This document shows, piece by piece, positions 1 through 9,558 of a stretch of 64,000 nucleotides of DNA. A program made the position numbers and the translations under genes. The notes under the pieces are model-generated. The model made no database searches. It had not been told where the DNA came from and saw only the letters and a program-made list of their open reading frames with translations. The stretch is from an uncultured Gemmatimonadales bacterium (GTDB lineage: Bacteria > Gemmatimonadota > Gemmatimonadetes > Longimicrobiales > Gaopeijiaceae): assembly GCA_963823035.1 (NCBI GenBank), contig CAWGKG010000005.1, positions 64,001 to 128,000 on the forward strand, given 5' to 3'. How positions within the stretch are numbered: position 1 is the first letter of the stretch; each line of letters begins with the position of its first letter.

Positions 1-356
1 GGCGCAGCAGGTGGTCGCTCGCGTGCTCGACGCCCTGGCCGTGCGGAAGGAGGACCCGGTCCGCGACCTGGTCGGCGCGTACCCTCGGGCTTCTCCGATC
101 CGCGAGACCCTGTGGGGCCGCGGCTGGACCCTCGCCGTGTACCGCTGGCTGCGCCTCCATACGGGCATCGGCATGGACGAGTTGGTGCTGCGTCCCGGTC
201 GGATCGCCCTCACGCGGACGCACCTGGACGTGTGGTTCGACCCCGACGCTCTGCGACCTGCGCATCCGACGTGCAGGCCTCGACCTCGATCCGGGCTGGG
301 TGCCGTGGATCGGACACGTCGTCGCCTTCCACTACGAAGCCGGGGACCCGCGTTGA
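1..356 (+). CDS. 3' end of putative eCIS tape-measure-like/baseplate-region protein (partial; frameshift ~254)
   Basis: Joining two frames gives ...[57 protein letters not shown]. This C-terminus resembles proteins found just upstream of eCIS ATPases. The stop TGA (354-356) overlaps the TTG start of the ATPase. Confidence 0.55.
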   Translation, partial: RSRWSLACSTPWPCGRRTRSATWSARTLGLLRSARPCGAAAGPSPCTAGCASIRASAWTSWCCVPVGSPSRGRTWTCGSTPTLCDLRIRRAGLDLDPGWVPWIGHVVAFHYEAGDPR

Positions 357-2298
357 GCGCCCCGGCCGCACAGCGCGCCACGGACATCCCCCTGGTGGGC
401 ATCGCCTTCGCGCTCCTGGCGGGGGAGGGCGCAGGGGAGGGGATCGAGGCGGCGTGGCTCGACGGGTGGCGCCGCGCTGCTCCAGGAGACGGGCGAGGAC
501 CCCCGCACCGCCCTGGAGCGTTGGCTCCACCGGCCGGCCCGCGCGGACGCGCGCCTGCACGCACTCGCGCTCGCGCTCCGCCTGAGCACGGGCGAGACGC
601 TCGCCGCGGCCCTCGCGGTCGCGGTCGAGACGGACGCGATGGCCGGACGGGTCCTCGCGTGGCTGCAGAGCCCGAGCGGCGGCGCCCGTCCCACCGTCGG
701 CCTGCTGGCTCCGTTGGCGGCGGCGTTGGACGGTGGCACCGTCGCCACGCAGGTGGCGACGCTGGTGGGGGGGCGCGCCGCCGCCGCGGGCCTCATCGAG
801 CTCGAAGACGACGCGCGCCCGTTGCCGGAGCGGGGCGTGCTCGTTCCCACGCCGACCGCCCTCGCGTTGGCCGGGCAGGCGAGCCGATGGCCGGGCATCG
901 AGGAGGCGCTGGACGACCCGCCGCCGCTCCCCGCCTCGCTCGTGGCGCTGGCCGCACGGTACGCGACCGCCTGCGCCGAAGGGTCCATGGGCCTCGTGAT
1001 CCGGAGCGGGCACCCTCGCGAGGCACGCGCCGGGGCGCAGCTGGTCGCGCGCGCCCTCGGTGCCGAGCCCGCCTTCATCCCGCTCGATGCGCCGGACGGA
1101 CTCGGACCGTGGCTGTGGTTGACCGGGCGGGTGCCGGTGATCTGCGGCGAGCTGACACCGGGCGAGCAAAGGGCCCTGCCACCGATCCCGGGGTACCCGG
1201 GCCCCGTGCTGGTGGCCTCCGGGCCCGACGGCGCGTTCACGCAGCGCGGGCGACCCGGTCATGTCGTGGAAGCTCCCGGTTCCGGACGCCACCGAGCGCG
1301 TGGCACTCTGGCAGGAGCTCACGAGCGACGCCGCGCTCGCCCACCAGCTCGGCTCCGCCTTCAGACACGGCGCGGCACGCATCCAGGGACTGGCGCGCGC
1401 CGCTCGCTTCCAGGTTGCGCTCGGCGGAGACGAGCGCGTCCATGCGAGCCACGTGGCGGCCGCGGGACGGAGCGGCGCCGCTGCCGATCTGGGGAGCGTC
1501 GCCGAGCTGATCCCGGACGCCATCGACGACGCGGCCGTCGTCCTGCCCCCCCAGCTTCGCGCGGATCTCGAAGCGCTTCTCCTGCGCTGCACGGGGCGAG
1601 ACACGCTCGTCGACGCGCTCGGGGAGGCGGCGCGCACGCGCCACCGTCCCGGCGTGCGCGCGCTCTTCTACGGACCCTCGGGTACCGGGAAGACGCTCGC
1701 GGTCGGATGGCTCGCCACGCGGCTGGGGCTCCCCCTCTACCGGGTCGACCTCGCCAGCGTGACCAGCAAGTACATCGGCGAGACCGAGAAGAACCTCGCG
1801 CAGCTCTTCGCCCGCGCCGAGAACGCCGAGGTCGTCCTCCTCTTCGACGAGGCGGACGCGCTGTTCGGCAAGCGCACGGACGTCAAGGACTCGAACGACC
1901 GCTACGCGAACGCGCAGACGAACTACCTGCTGCAGCGCATCGAGTCGTTCGAGGGCATCGCGATCCTGACCAGCAACGGCCGCGCGCGTTTCGACAGCGC
2001 CTTCTCACGGCGCCTCGACGCCGTGATCGAGTTCCCGTCGCCCGCGCCCGAGGAGCGCCGCGCCATCTGGCTCGCGCACCTGGGCGAGGAGCACGACGTC
2101 GGCCCACCCGAGTTGAACCGACTCGCGGCGGGTTGCGATCTCGCCGGGGGCCACATCCGTAACGCCGTCCTCGTGGCCGCCGCCCGCGCACGCAGGCGGA
2201 ACGGACCGATCACCTTCGAGGACCTCGCCCGGGGCGCCGTTTCGGAATACCGCAAGCTCGGAAGACAGCCCCCGTCGGGGCTGGCGACGGCGCGATGA
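353..2298 (+). CDS. AAA+ ATPase, eCIS Afp15/Pvc15-like (frameshifts ~480 and ~1250)
   Basis: Walker A GPSGTGKT, Walker [10 protein letters not shown], and the family signature [29 protein letters not shown]. The N-terminus was rebuilt from ORFs 11.., 639.. and 1261..2298. Confidence 0.85.
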
Positions 2299-4497
2299 GC
2301 CACGCGCACGCGGCGCCCGCCCACCACGAGCGTGCGAAGCCCGCCCGCGTCCGGCGAAAGGAGGCCGCTCCGAAGGCAGGCGTGCCGCGCTTCCTGAGCA
2401 CGCCGGCGTTTGGGATGGAGGGCGGGCTCACGGTGGGGGAGCCCGACGATCGCTTCGAGCGCGAAGCCGACGCGACCGCGGAGGCGGTGATCCGGCGCAT
2501 GGAGGCTCCGGCGAGCGTCACGGCGGCTCCGCCGGCCATCCGGCGGAAGTGCGCCGAGTGCGAGCAGGAAGAGCGTCGGAAGGGCGAGGCTGCCGCGACG
2601 GGCCCCGTGCGCAGGAAGGGAGGCCACGCGCCGAGCGTGCCCGCCTCGGTGTCGCGGGCGCTGCGCGGGGGTGGCGGGGCCGGGCACGGCCTTCCCCCGA
2701 CCGTGCAGCAGCGGATGGGCGCGGCGTTCGGAGCGGACTTCACGGGGGTGCGCCTGCACACCGGACCCTCGGCCGCGCGCATGAGCGGCGAGCTGGGCGC
2801 CCGGGCCTTCACGCACGGCCGCGACATCTACTTCGCCGCCGGACACTACGCGCCGGACACGCATGAGGGCGGTCTGCTGCTCGCCCACGAGCTCACCCAC
2901 GTCGTGCAGCAGACGGGGCCCGGCCACATCCGGCGGGCACCACCCAGGCCGGCGGCTCCTCCCGCGGTCGTGCCCGCCCCGGGACCCTCCGACTTCGAGC
3001 TCAAGGCGCAACCGAAGTCCGACTGGAGGCGGATCTACTTCGCGAAGGGCTCCGCGAAGCTGAGCAGCGCCGACAAGACGGAGATCGGCATCTTCAAGCT
3101 GGTGCTGTCCAAGAGCGTCGACGTCCTCGGCTACGCAAGCGTCGAGGAGTCGGCCGCGGTCGCGCAGGACCGGGCGGACGCGGTGAAGGCGGAGCTCGAG
3201 AAGGGGCCGAACAAGGCCAAGGTGACCACGGCCAAGGGGAACCCCGGCGCCATGGCGGCGACCAGCGACCTGCCCCAGGCACGCAGCGCCGAGATCGTCG
3301 AGGCGGCGTCCGCGCCCTCCGTCGTGGACTGCAAGGCCAAGGACAAGAAGGGGAAGCTCGTGCATCCCCCGACCCAGCCCTGTACGAAGATGGACCCCGC
3401 CACCTGGAGCGACTTCAACACCGCCCACCCCGTCGCCAAGACGGCCATGGCGGACGCGGTGGGCGCGGTGGCGGGCGCGCCCACCGCGGACGACGCGGCG
3501 CTCATCGACAAGTTCTTCGGTGCGCACGACGCGGCCACGCTCTCCACGCTGCGCACGAACCTCGGCAACCTGGAGAAGCACGTCGGCCGACTGGACAAGA
3601 TCACGTCGTGCGGAGGGGCCTGCGACACGGGCCTGTGCGAGAACGGGGGGGTCATCGCCTACAACTCGGACATCGACGCGAAGTCGCGCATGACACTGTG
3701 CGTGCCGAAGTTCAAGTCGCTGAACACGAACGACCAGGTACGCAACCTCATCCACGAGAGCGCCCACGGCACCTCGCCTCTCGGGGGCAAGCCCTCGACG
3801 GGCACCGAGGACGTGGCCTATCGCCACGAGCGCATGCTCTTCCACCTGTCGACCGCCGACCGCCTGCGCAACTCCGACAGCTACGCGCTCTTCGCCCTCT
3901 TCCTCCACGAGTTCCGGACGACGGGGAAGAAGGACGCCGTCCCCTCGGGGATCCGCACGCCCTCGAAGGACAACCTCGACAAGGCTTTCGCGGGGACGGA
4001 GCCCGCCGAACTCTCGCTCGCGCTGGCACGACTCGAGAAGCGGCTCGGATGGTGCTCCGACTGGGTCAGCCAGCTCTACGGCGAGATGTCCGGGGTGCGG
4101 AACGGGAAGCAGACCTGGGCCACCTCGTGGGCGGAGGACCTCATGAAGAAGGCGGCCTCGCTCTTCCCGCTCACGGCTCCACCCGCAAAGCCCACGGTCG
4201 TGGACCAGGCGCGTGTGGCGGCCATGATCGACCGCTATCGACGGATGCGCTGGGGTGTGAAGCGCGACCTCAGCGTGAACCGGATGGCGGCGGGCGTGAT
4301 CGCCTGGCCCTCGTCCGGCAAGAAGCCCGTGGTGGGCGCACACCCTCCAGGTGGGGCCGGACTTCTTCAAGGCGAGCGCCGACGACCAGGTGTCGCTGCT
4401 CGTGCAGCACCTCGCGGACGCGACGAAGAACGTCGAGAAGGCCTTCATCCCGGCCTACGTGGCGCTGGCCGAGTGGATCCACCAGCAGAACCCATGA
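2295..4497 (+). CDS. DUF4157 (eCIS core domain) protein with OmpA-like and M35/aspzincin metalloprotease domains (frameshift ~4340)
   Basis: DUF4157: FGADFTGVRLHTG...ARAFTHGRDIYF...LLAHELTHVVQQ. OmpA-like: IYFAKGSAKL...VLGYAS...QDRADAVK. M35: LIHESAHG...GTEDVAY...NSDSYALF. The shifted frame ends ...EWIHQQNP* at 4497. Confidence 0.8.
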
Positions 4498-5502
4498 CGC
4501 GACCCGACGGCCTGGGCTTCCGCCTCCTGCTACCCGGCGATCCCGCCAGCCTGCGTCCGGTGCGAAGGGCCCCGCTGCCCATGCGCGCCGACACGGCCTG
4601 TCTGGCGGCTGTCGCACGCGCCGGCCTCCACCTCCTGATCCCCCATCCCGGAGAGACGCGCAGCGCGCTCGTCCGGTGCGGACCCGGGGAGGAGCCGCGC
4701 ACCCTGGCCGAGATCGACGTCGTGCCCGTGGCGTTCGCCGCGTGCGGGGAGGGGTTCCTCGTGTGCGGCGCCGAAGCGGACGGAGCGCCGACCACCCGCT
4801 GGCTCGACGGGAGCGGAGAGGTCGGGTGGCGCCTCGAGGGCCCCGGCGTCGAGCACACGCGATGGCCCGCGCCCGTGCACGGATCGACCCCGCGCGTGAT
4901 GTGGCAGGAGGCGCCGGACGCGCTTCTCGTCGCCGACGTGGGCCCCGCGGGCGCCGGGCGCGGCCGCTCCGCCCCCCTCGGGCCCGGCCCCCGTCGGCCT
5001 CGCTTCCGCGGACGGGGAGGCATGGGCCGTGTGGCGCTCGGGAGACGACGTTCGCGGGGTCGTCATGGGCGAGGGCGAGCCGCATCCCTTCGCGATCCGG
5101 GGGGCGGAGGCCGACCTCGTGGCCGTCGGCGCCCACCCCGGAGGCGCGACGGTCCTCTGGAACCGGGGCGACGACGTGTGGGCAGCCGGCGTCCGACGGG
5201 CGTCTCCGGCCGGCACGGCGACCCACGTGCTCTCCCTGGCCGGACGCCCCGCCCGGCTCGACGTGGTCGACGCCGCCACGCCGATCGTGTGGGCGCGCCT
5301 CTTCGACGCGCTCGACGACGGGCCCGCCGCGGGGGATGCGGGCGACGGCGGCTCCGTCGTGGGAGCCCCGGGGCTCGGAGTCCTCGGCGTCTCCGGCACG
5401 CTCCACGAGGTCCTGTCGTGGGAGGATCGCGTGGTCCTCGTCGGGTCCACGGAGATCGTCTGGCTGGAGCCGCTCGCGGGCGGCGTCCGTCGGGGAGGCT
5501 GA
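4494..5502 (+). CDS. Hypothetical beta-rich protein (frameshift ~4980)
   Basis: ATGA overlap with the upstream stop. Reads MTRPDGLGFRLLLPG... and continues into ORF 5029..5502. Contains short hydrophobic strands with recurrent Trp. Confidence 0.6.
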
Positions 5503-5505
5503 TCC

Positions 5506-7723
5506 TTGCGCCGCAAGCCCTCCTTCCGACCCGAGCCGACCCACGGTGCGCCCCGGGGACGAGCGTCCGGGGCGCGCCGGAGAGCCTCCGAGCCGCTGGC
5601 CGACGCGCCGGCTCCGAGGTTCCTCACGCAACCCGGCGATCCGGCTCGCACCGTCCCTCACGGTTCAGCGGCAGGAGGAATCCGGCCAGCTCACGCCACC
5701 CTCCATGCTCCAGCCGACGGACCCGTACGCCCGCTACCGTCCGGACTTCGGGTTCCGCTTCCGCTTCGACGAGGAGCTCCAGCCGTGGGCGCTGGCACGC
5801 GGCCGGGCGCTGCTGTCGCCCCCTGGCGTCCTGGCCGACGTCGCCGGCGTCGCTCCCGTGGTGAGCCTGCCCGGCGCCACCGGCACACCCCCGACCGCTC
5901 CCGCACCGACGACGGCGGCCCCCACGAGCCCCGTCCCCAGCCCCGACGCCGAGCCCGCCGCCCCGCGTCCGGGCACCGGGGGTGACGTGATGGGCGCCCT
6001 GCTCTCGCTCCCTCAGGTCGGCCTGCTGCTGGCGGACGTGCAGCACCAGTTCACGAGCGGGTTCACGCGCTACTGGGAGCGTGCCTCGCTCGGCGACCAG
6101 ATCGGCTTCGTGAGCAGCTCGGTCGTGGTCGGAAGCGCCATGCTGGCCCCGGTGCTCGGCTTCGACGAGCCGCGCGCGTTCGTCCTCCCGCTGCTCAACG
6201 ACCTCGTGATTCCCGTGCCGGGACTGAGCGGCTACGGGCTCGAGTTCCGTTTCGGGGAGCACGACGTCATGATCGGCGCGCATCTCGACGTCGGCCTCCT
6301 CTTCCCCTCTCTCTGGTTCGGTGGAGGGTCCTTCACGCCCATCGGCGGCCCACCGGGGAGCGATCCGAACGCACTCCCACCGCTGGCGCGCAAGGCGGAG
6401 GGATCCGAGCCGCCCGTCGATGCCCGGTCGGTGGCCGCCGGCCTGCGCGCCAGGTCGGGCGGGGGCAGGGCGCTGGACGAGCGGACCCGCGTCGAGATGG
6501 AGCCCGCGCTCGGCACGGACCTCGGGGCCGTCCGCGTGCACACGGACACCGGCGCCGACGCGCTGGCGCGGGGTCTGCGCGCGCAGGCGTTCACGACCGG
6601 GAGGGACATCTTCTTCCAAGCCGGTCACTACGCCCCCTCGAGCGCGGACGGGCGCAGGCTCCTCGCGCACGAGCTGGTGCACGTGGCGCAACAGGCGCGC
6701 GCGCCCGTCGGCGGAGCACCCGTCGGCGGAGGGCTCTCGGTCGGAGAAGCCGGTGGCGCCCACGAGCGCGAGGCCGACGCCCTGGCCGAGCGCGTCGTCG
6801 CGGGAGGGGCGCCCCCGCAGGCCCACGCACCGGCCCCGGCAGGGTCCGGCGCGGCCGCGCCGGGCGGGACCGTCCAGCGCAAGCCCGCGCCCGGAGGGCA
6901 GGCGCAGCCGGTGCCCGCGGAGCAGGCGCGCAAGATGGCGCCGCCCCCCTGGACGGACTACTTCGACGAGGTGGTGCCGGCCGTCCTCGAGGCGGTGGAG
7001 AGCAACCGGAAGGTGGGCCTCGACCGCGCCATGTGGCTGATCATCCAGGCCTACGGGGAGCAGTCGCCCGGCGTCACGGGGCCACCCTCGCGGCACCGCA
7101 ACCGTCTCTTCAACGAGCAGGCGGCCGTCGAGATGAAGGACGGGAAGATCGAGCGGGTGCTGCCGGGTCAGGAGAGCGAGGGCGTCCACCTCTACAACCT
7201 GCGCCAGAACGAGTCGCCCACGCGCGACAAGAAGGACATGAAGAGCAGCCCCACCTTCGGATACGACACGCCCGAGCGCGCCGCGCACCACCACCTGGAA
7301 CAGCTGCAGGCGCGCTGGGGACCGGCCTGGACCGAGCTCACGAAGGAGAAGGGCACCTTCGAGCAGTTCGCCACGGGGCTGAAGACCGCCGGATACGCCA
7401 AGGCCAACGACTACGCGACGAGCCTCGCGGGCATCAAGAACCAGGTCCAGCGGCAGGTGCGGGCATGGCTCAAGTACCGCCTCCCGGAGATGCGCGCGCG
7501 CGTCCCCGACATGGAGGCCTATCTCGACTTCCTGCGGGGCGAGCGGGACCTGGTCCGCCAACGCCTGCGGGAGGAGCCGGATCCCGTCGGGAGCCTCGCG
7601 GCGGAGCTGCGGAGCTACGACGGGATGGTGCGAGGGATGGAGAAGCAGCTCGCCGACGTCCGGGCGCGCCTGGGTCGCCTCGAGCGCTTCGCCTCCACGC
7701 TGGGCATGGAATCCCCGAAGTGA
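5506..7723 (+). CDS. DUF4157 protein with C-terminal GH73/FlgJ-like glucosaminidase domain and coiled coil (frameshift ~5635)
   Basis: DUF4157: LGTDLGAVRVHTD...AQAFTTGRDIFF...LLAHELVHVAQQ. It is followed by IIQAYGEQS...RNRLFN...FGYDTPE...FEQFATGLKTAGYAKANDYATSL, which resembles the GH73 pattern AQAxLESG...NLFG...GYATDPxY. Confidence 0.75.
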
Positions 7724-7790
7724 CCAAGAAATCACACGAGGTCACAGATCCCAAGATACAGTCCTGTAACGCTTTGGGTCTACGCGGTCA

Positions 7791-7961
7791 CTAACACAGA
7801 AAGATCGGCGGGTCGTCGACCTCCCGCTCCATCTCCCGCACCAGCCCGTTCACGAGCTTCTCCACGAGCTCCTCCAGCCTCTTCCCGCAGCGCTTCGACT
7901 CGCACTCGTAGGCGTGGAAGAGATGCTCGCTCAGCTCCACCTCGATCTTCACCTTCGGCAT
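7791..7961 (-). CDS. Small 56-aa protein, possible ribbon-helix-helix (CopG-like)
   Basis: MPKVKIEVELSEHLFHAYECESKRCGKRLEELVEKLVNGLVREMERE..., with a GGAGG RBS at 7966-7970 and a beta-strand-helix-helix pattern. Confidence 0.65.
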   Translation of the reverse strand: MPKVKIEVELSEHLFHAYECESKRCGKRLEELVEKLVNGLVREMEREVDDPPIFLC

Positions 7962-7981
7962 GGCACCTCCTGCGCCGACGC

Positions 7982-8398
7982 CTACGGGACCCGAGCGGAC
8001 GCCTCTCCCGCCACGGGCACCGCCTTGTGCCCGTAGCAGCGGATGCCCCCGTGCCCTTCCTTGCGGATGAGCCTGAACTCGAGGGCGACCTCCATACCCG
8101 GCAGCACCTCCTCGACCTCGCAGTCGACCACCTGCGTCATGAAGCGCGCGCCCTCGGGCGTCTCGATCACGGCCATGGCGTAGGGCGCCTCCATCACCAG
8201 GTCGTCGGGCGGCGTGCGCACCACCGTGGAGGTGAGCACGCGCCCCTTCCGCGACAGGTGGATCGTCTCGACCTCCTTGGCGCGACAGGCCGGACAGACG
8301 CGGCGGGCCGGAAAGCTGACCTTGCCGCAGGCGGTGCACCGGCCCGCTTCCAGCCGGTAGCGGTTGGGGACCTCCCTCCAGTATCTCGGGCTCGGCAT
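7982..8398 (-). CDS. DUF35 Zn-ribbon/OB-fold protein
   Basis: PRYWRE...CTACG...FPARRVCPAC, then the OB fold (GRVLTSTVV...PYAMAVIE...GMEV...FR). Lies directly downstream of the thiolase. Confidence 0.92.
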   Translation of the reverse strand: MPSPRYWREVPNRYRLEAGRCTACGKVSFPARRVCPACRAKEVETIHLSRKGRVLTSTVVRTPPDDLVMEAPYAMAVIETPEGARFMTQVVDCEVEEVLPGMEVALEFRLIRKEGHGGIRCYGHKAVPVAGEASARVP

Positions 8399-8400
8399 GG

Positions 8401-9549
8401 TCACGCCCTCTCGAAGATGTGGACGACGGAGCTGGCGCCGGATCCGCCCATGTTCTGCGCGAGCCCGAGGTGGGCGCCCTCGACCTGGCGCGCGCCGGCC
8501 TCACCCCGGAGCTGCTCGAAGATCTCGATGGCCTGCGCCACCCCCGTGGCGCCGACGGGGTGTCCCTTCGACTTGAGTCCGCCGCTCGTGTTGACCGGGA
8601 TGCGGCCACCCAGCGCGGTCATGCCCGAGCGCGCGGCCTCGGCGCCCTCACCGGCACAGGCGAAGCCCAACGCCTCGATGCAGCAGATCTCCGAGATCGC
8701 GAAGCAGTCGTGCACCTCGGCCACCTGGATGTCCTTCGCGCTCACTCCGGCCATGCGGTAGGCCCGCTCGCCCGCCTTGGCCACGGCGTCGAGCGCGGTC
8801 AGGTCGGGTCGGTCGGCCAGCGCCATCGACGACGTGGCCTGCCCGATCCCGACGATCTTCACGGGTCGGTCCGTGTAGCGGTGCGCGTCCTCCAGCGGGC
8901 ACAGGAGGACGGCCGCCGCCCCGTCGCTCACCGGGGAGCAGTGCAGGAGGCGGAGGGGATCGGAGACCAGCGTGGAACGCATCACCTCTTCGACGCTCAC
9001 CTCCCTGCGGAACTGGGCCTTCGGATTGCGCGCACCGTGCGCGTGGTTCTTCACGGACACCCAGGAGAGGTCCTCCTCGGTGGTGCCGTAGCGCTCCATG
9101 TGCGCCCGGGCGATCATCGCGTACAGCCCGGGGAAGGTGACGCCGTGGTAGACCTCGCCCTCCTGGTCGGCGGCGGTGGCCAGCACGTCGGTGACGTCCG
9201 CGCCGTCCGTCATCTTCTCCACGCCGGCCGCCATCACCAGGTCGCTCATCCCGGACGCCACGGCCATGAAGCCCAGGCGGAGGGCGGCGCCGCCGGACGC
9301 ACACGCCGACTCGACGCGCGTCGCGGGGATCCCCGCCATCCCGAGGTGGTCGGCCATCAGCGGCGCCAGGTGCTCCTGACCGACGAACTGCCCGCCGGAC
9401 ATGTTGCCCACGTAGAGATCGTCCAGGTGGTCGGCGCCGGCGGCCTCCAGCGCACCGACGGCTGCCTCCACGAAGAGATCCCTGAGACTCGACTCCCACA
9501 GCTCGCCGAAGTGGGTCATGCCCCCGGCGACGATCGCTACCTCTCGCAT
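8401..9549 (-). CDS. Thiolase (archaeal/SCP-x-type acetoacetyl-CoA thiolase)
   Basis: [10 protein letters not shown] (catalytic Cys), [28 protein letters not shown]. Confidence 0.93.
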   Translation of the reverse strand: MREVAIVAGGMTHFGELWESSLRDLFVEAAVGALEAAGADHLDDLYVGNMSGGQFVGQEHLAPLMADHLGMAGIPATRVESACASGGAALRLGFMAVASGMSDLVMAAGVEKMTDGADVTDVLATAADQEGEVYHGVTFPGLYAMIARAHMERYGTTEEDLSWVSVKNHAHGARNPKAQFRREVSVEEVMRSTLVSDPLRLLHCSPVSDGAAAVLLCPLEDAHRYTDRPVKIVGIGQATSSMALADRPDLTALDAVAKAGERAYRMAGVSAKDIQVAEVHDCFAISEICCIEALGFACAGEGAEAARSGMTALGGRIPVNTSGGLKSKGHPVGATGVAQAIEIFEQLRGEAGARQVEGAHLGLAQNMGGSGASSVVHIFERA

Positions 9550-9558
9550 GGTCCCACC

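Noticed and set aside
2295..5864. 1189-aa single effector ORF
   Set aside because: Frameshifts join the first DUF4157 gene to the next gene. The natural stop and start lie at 4494-4497.
6701..6731. 15-bp direct repeat (APVGG x2); also acctcgtgc x2 near 38095
   Set aside because: Two-copy micro-duplications in linker or intergenic DNA, with no sign of a target-site duplication or mobile element.
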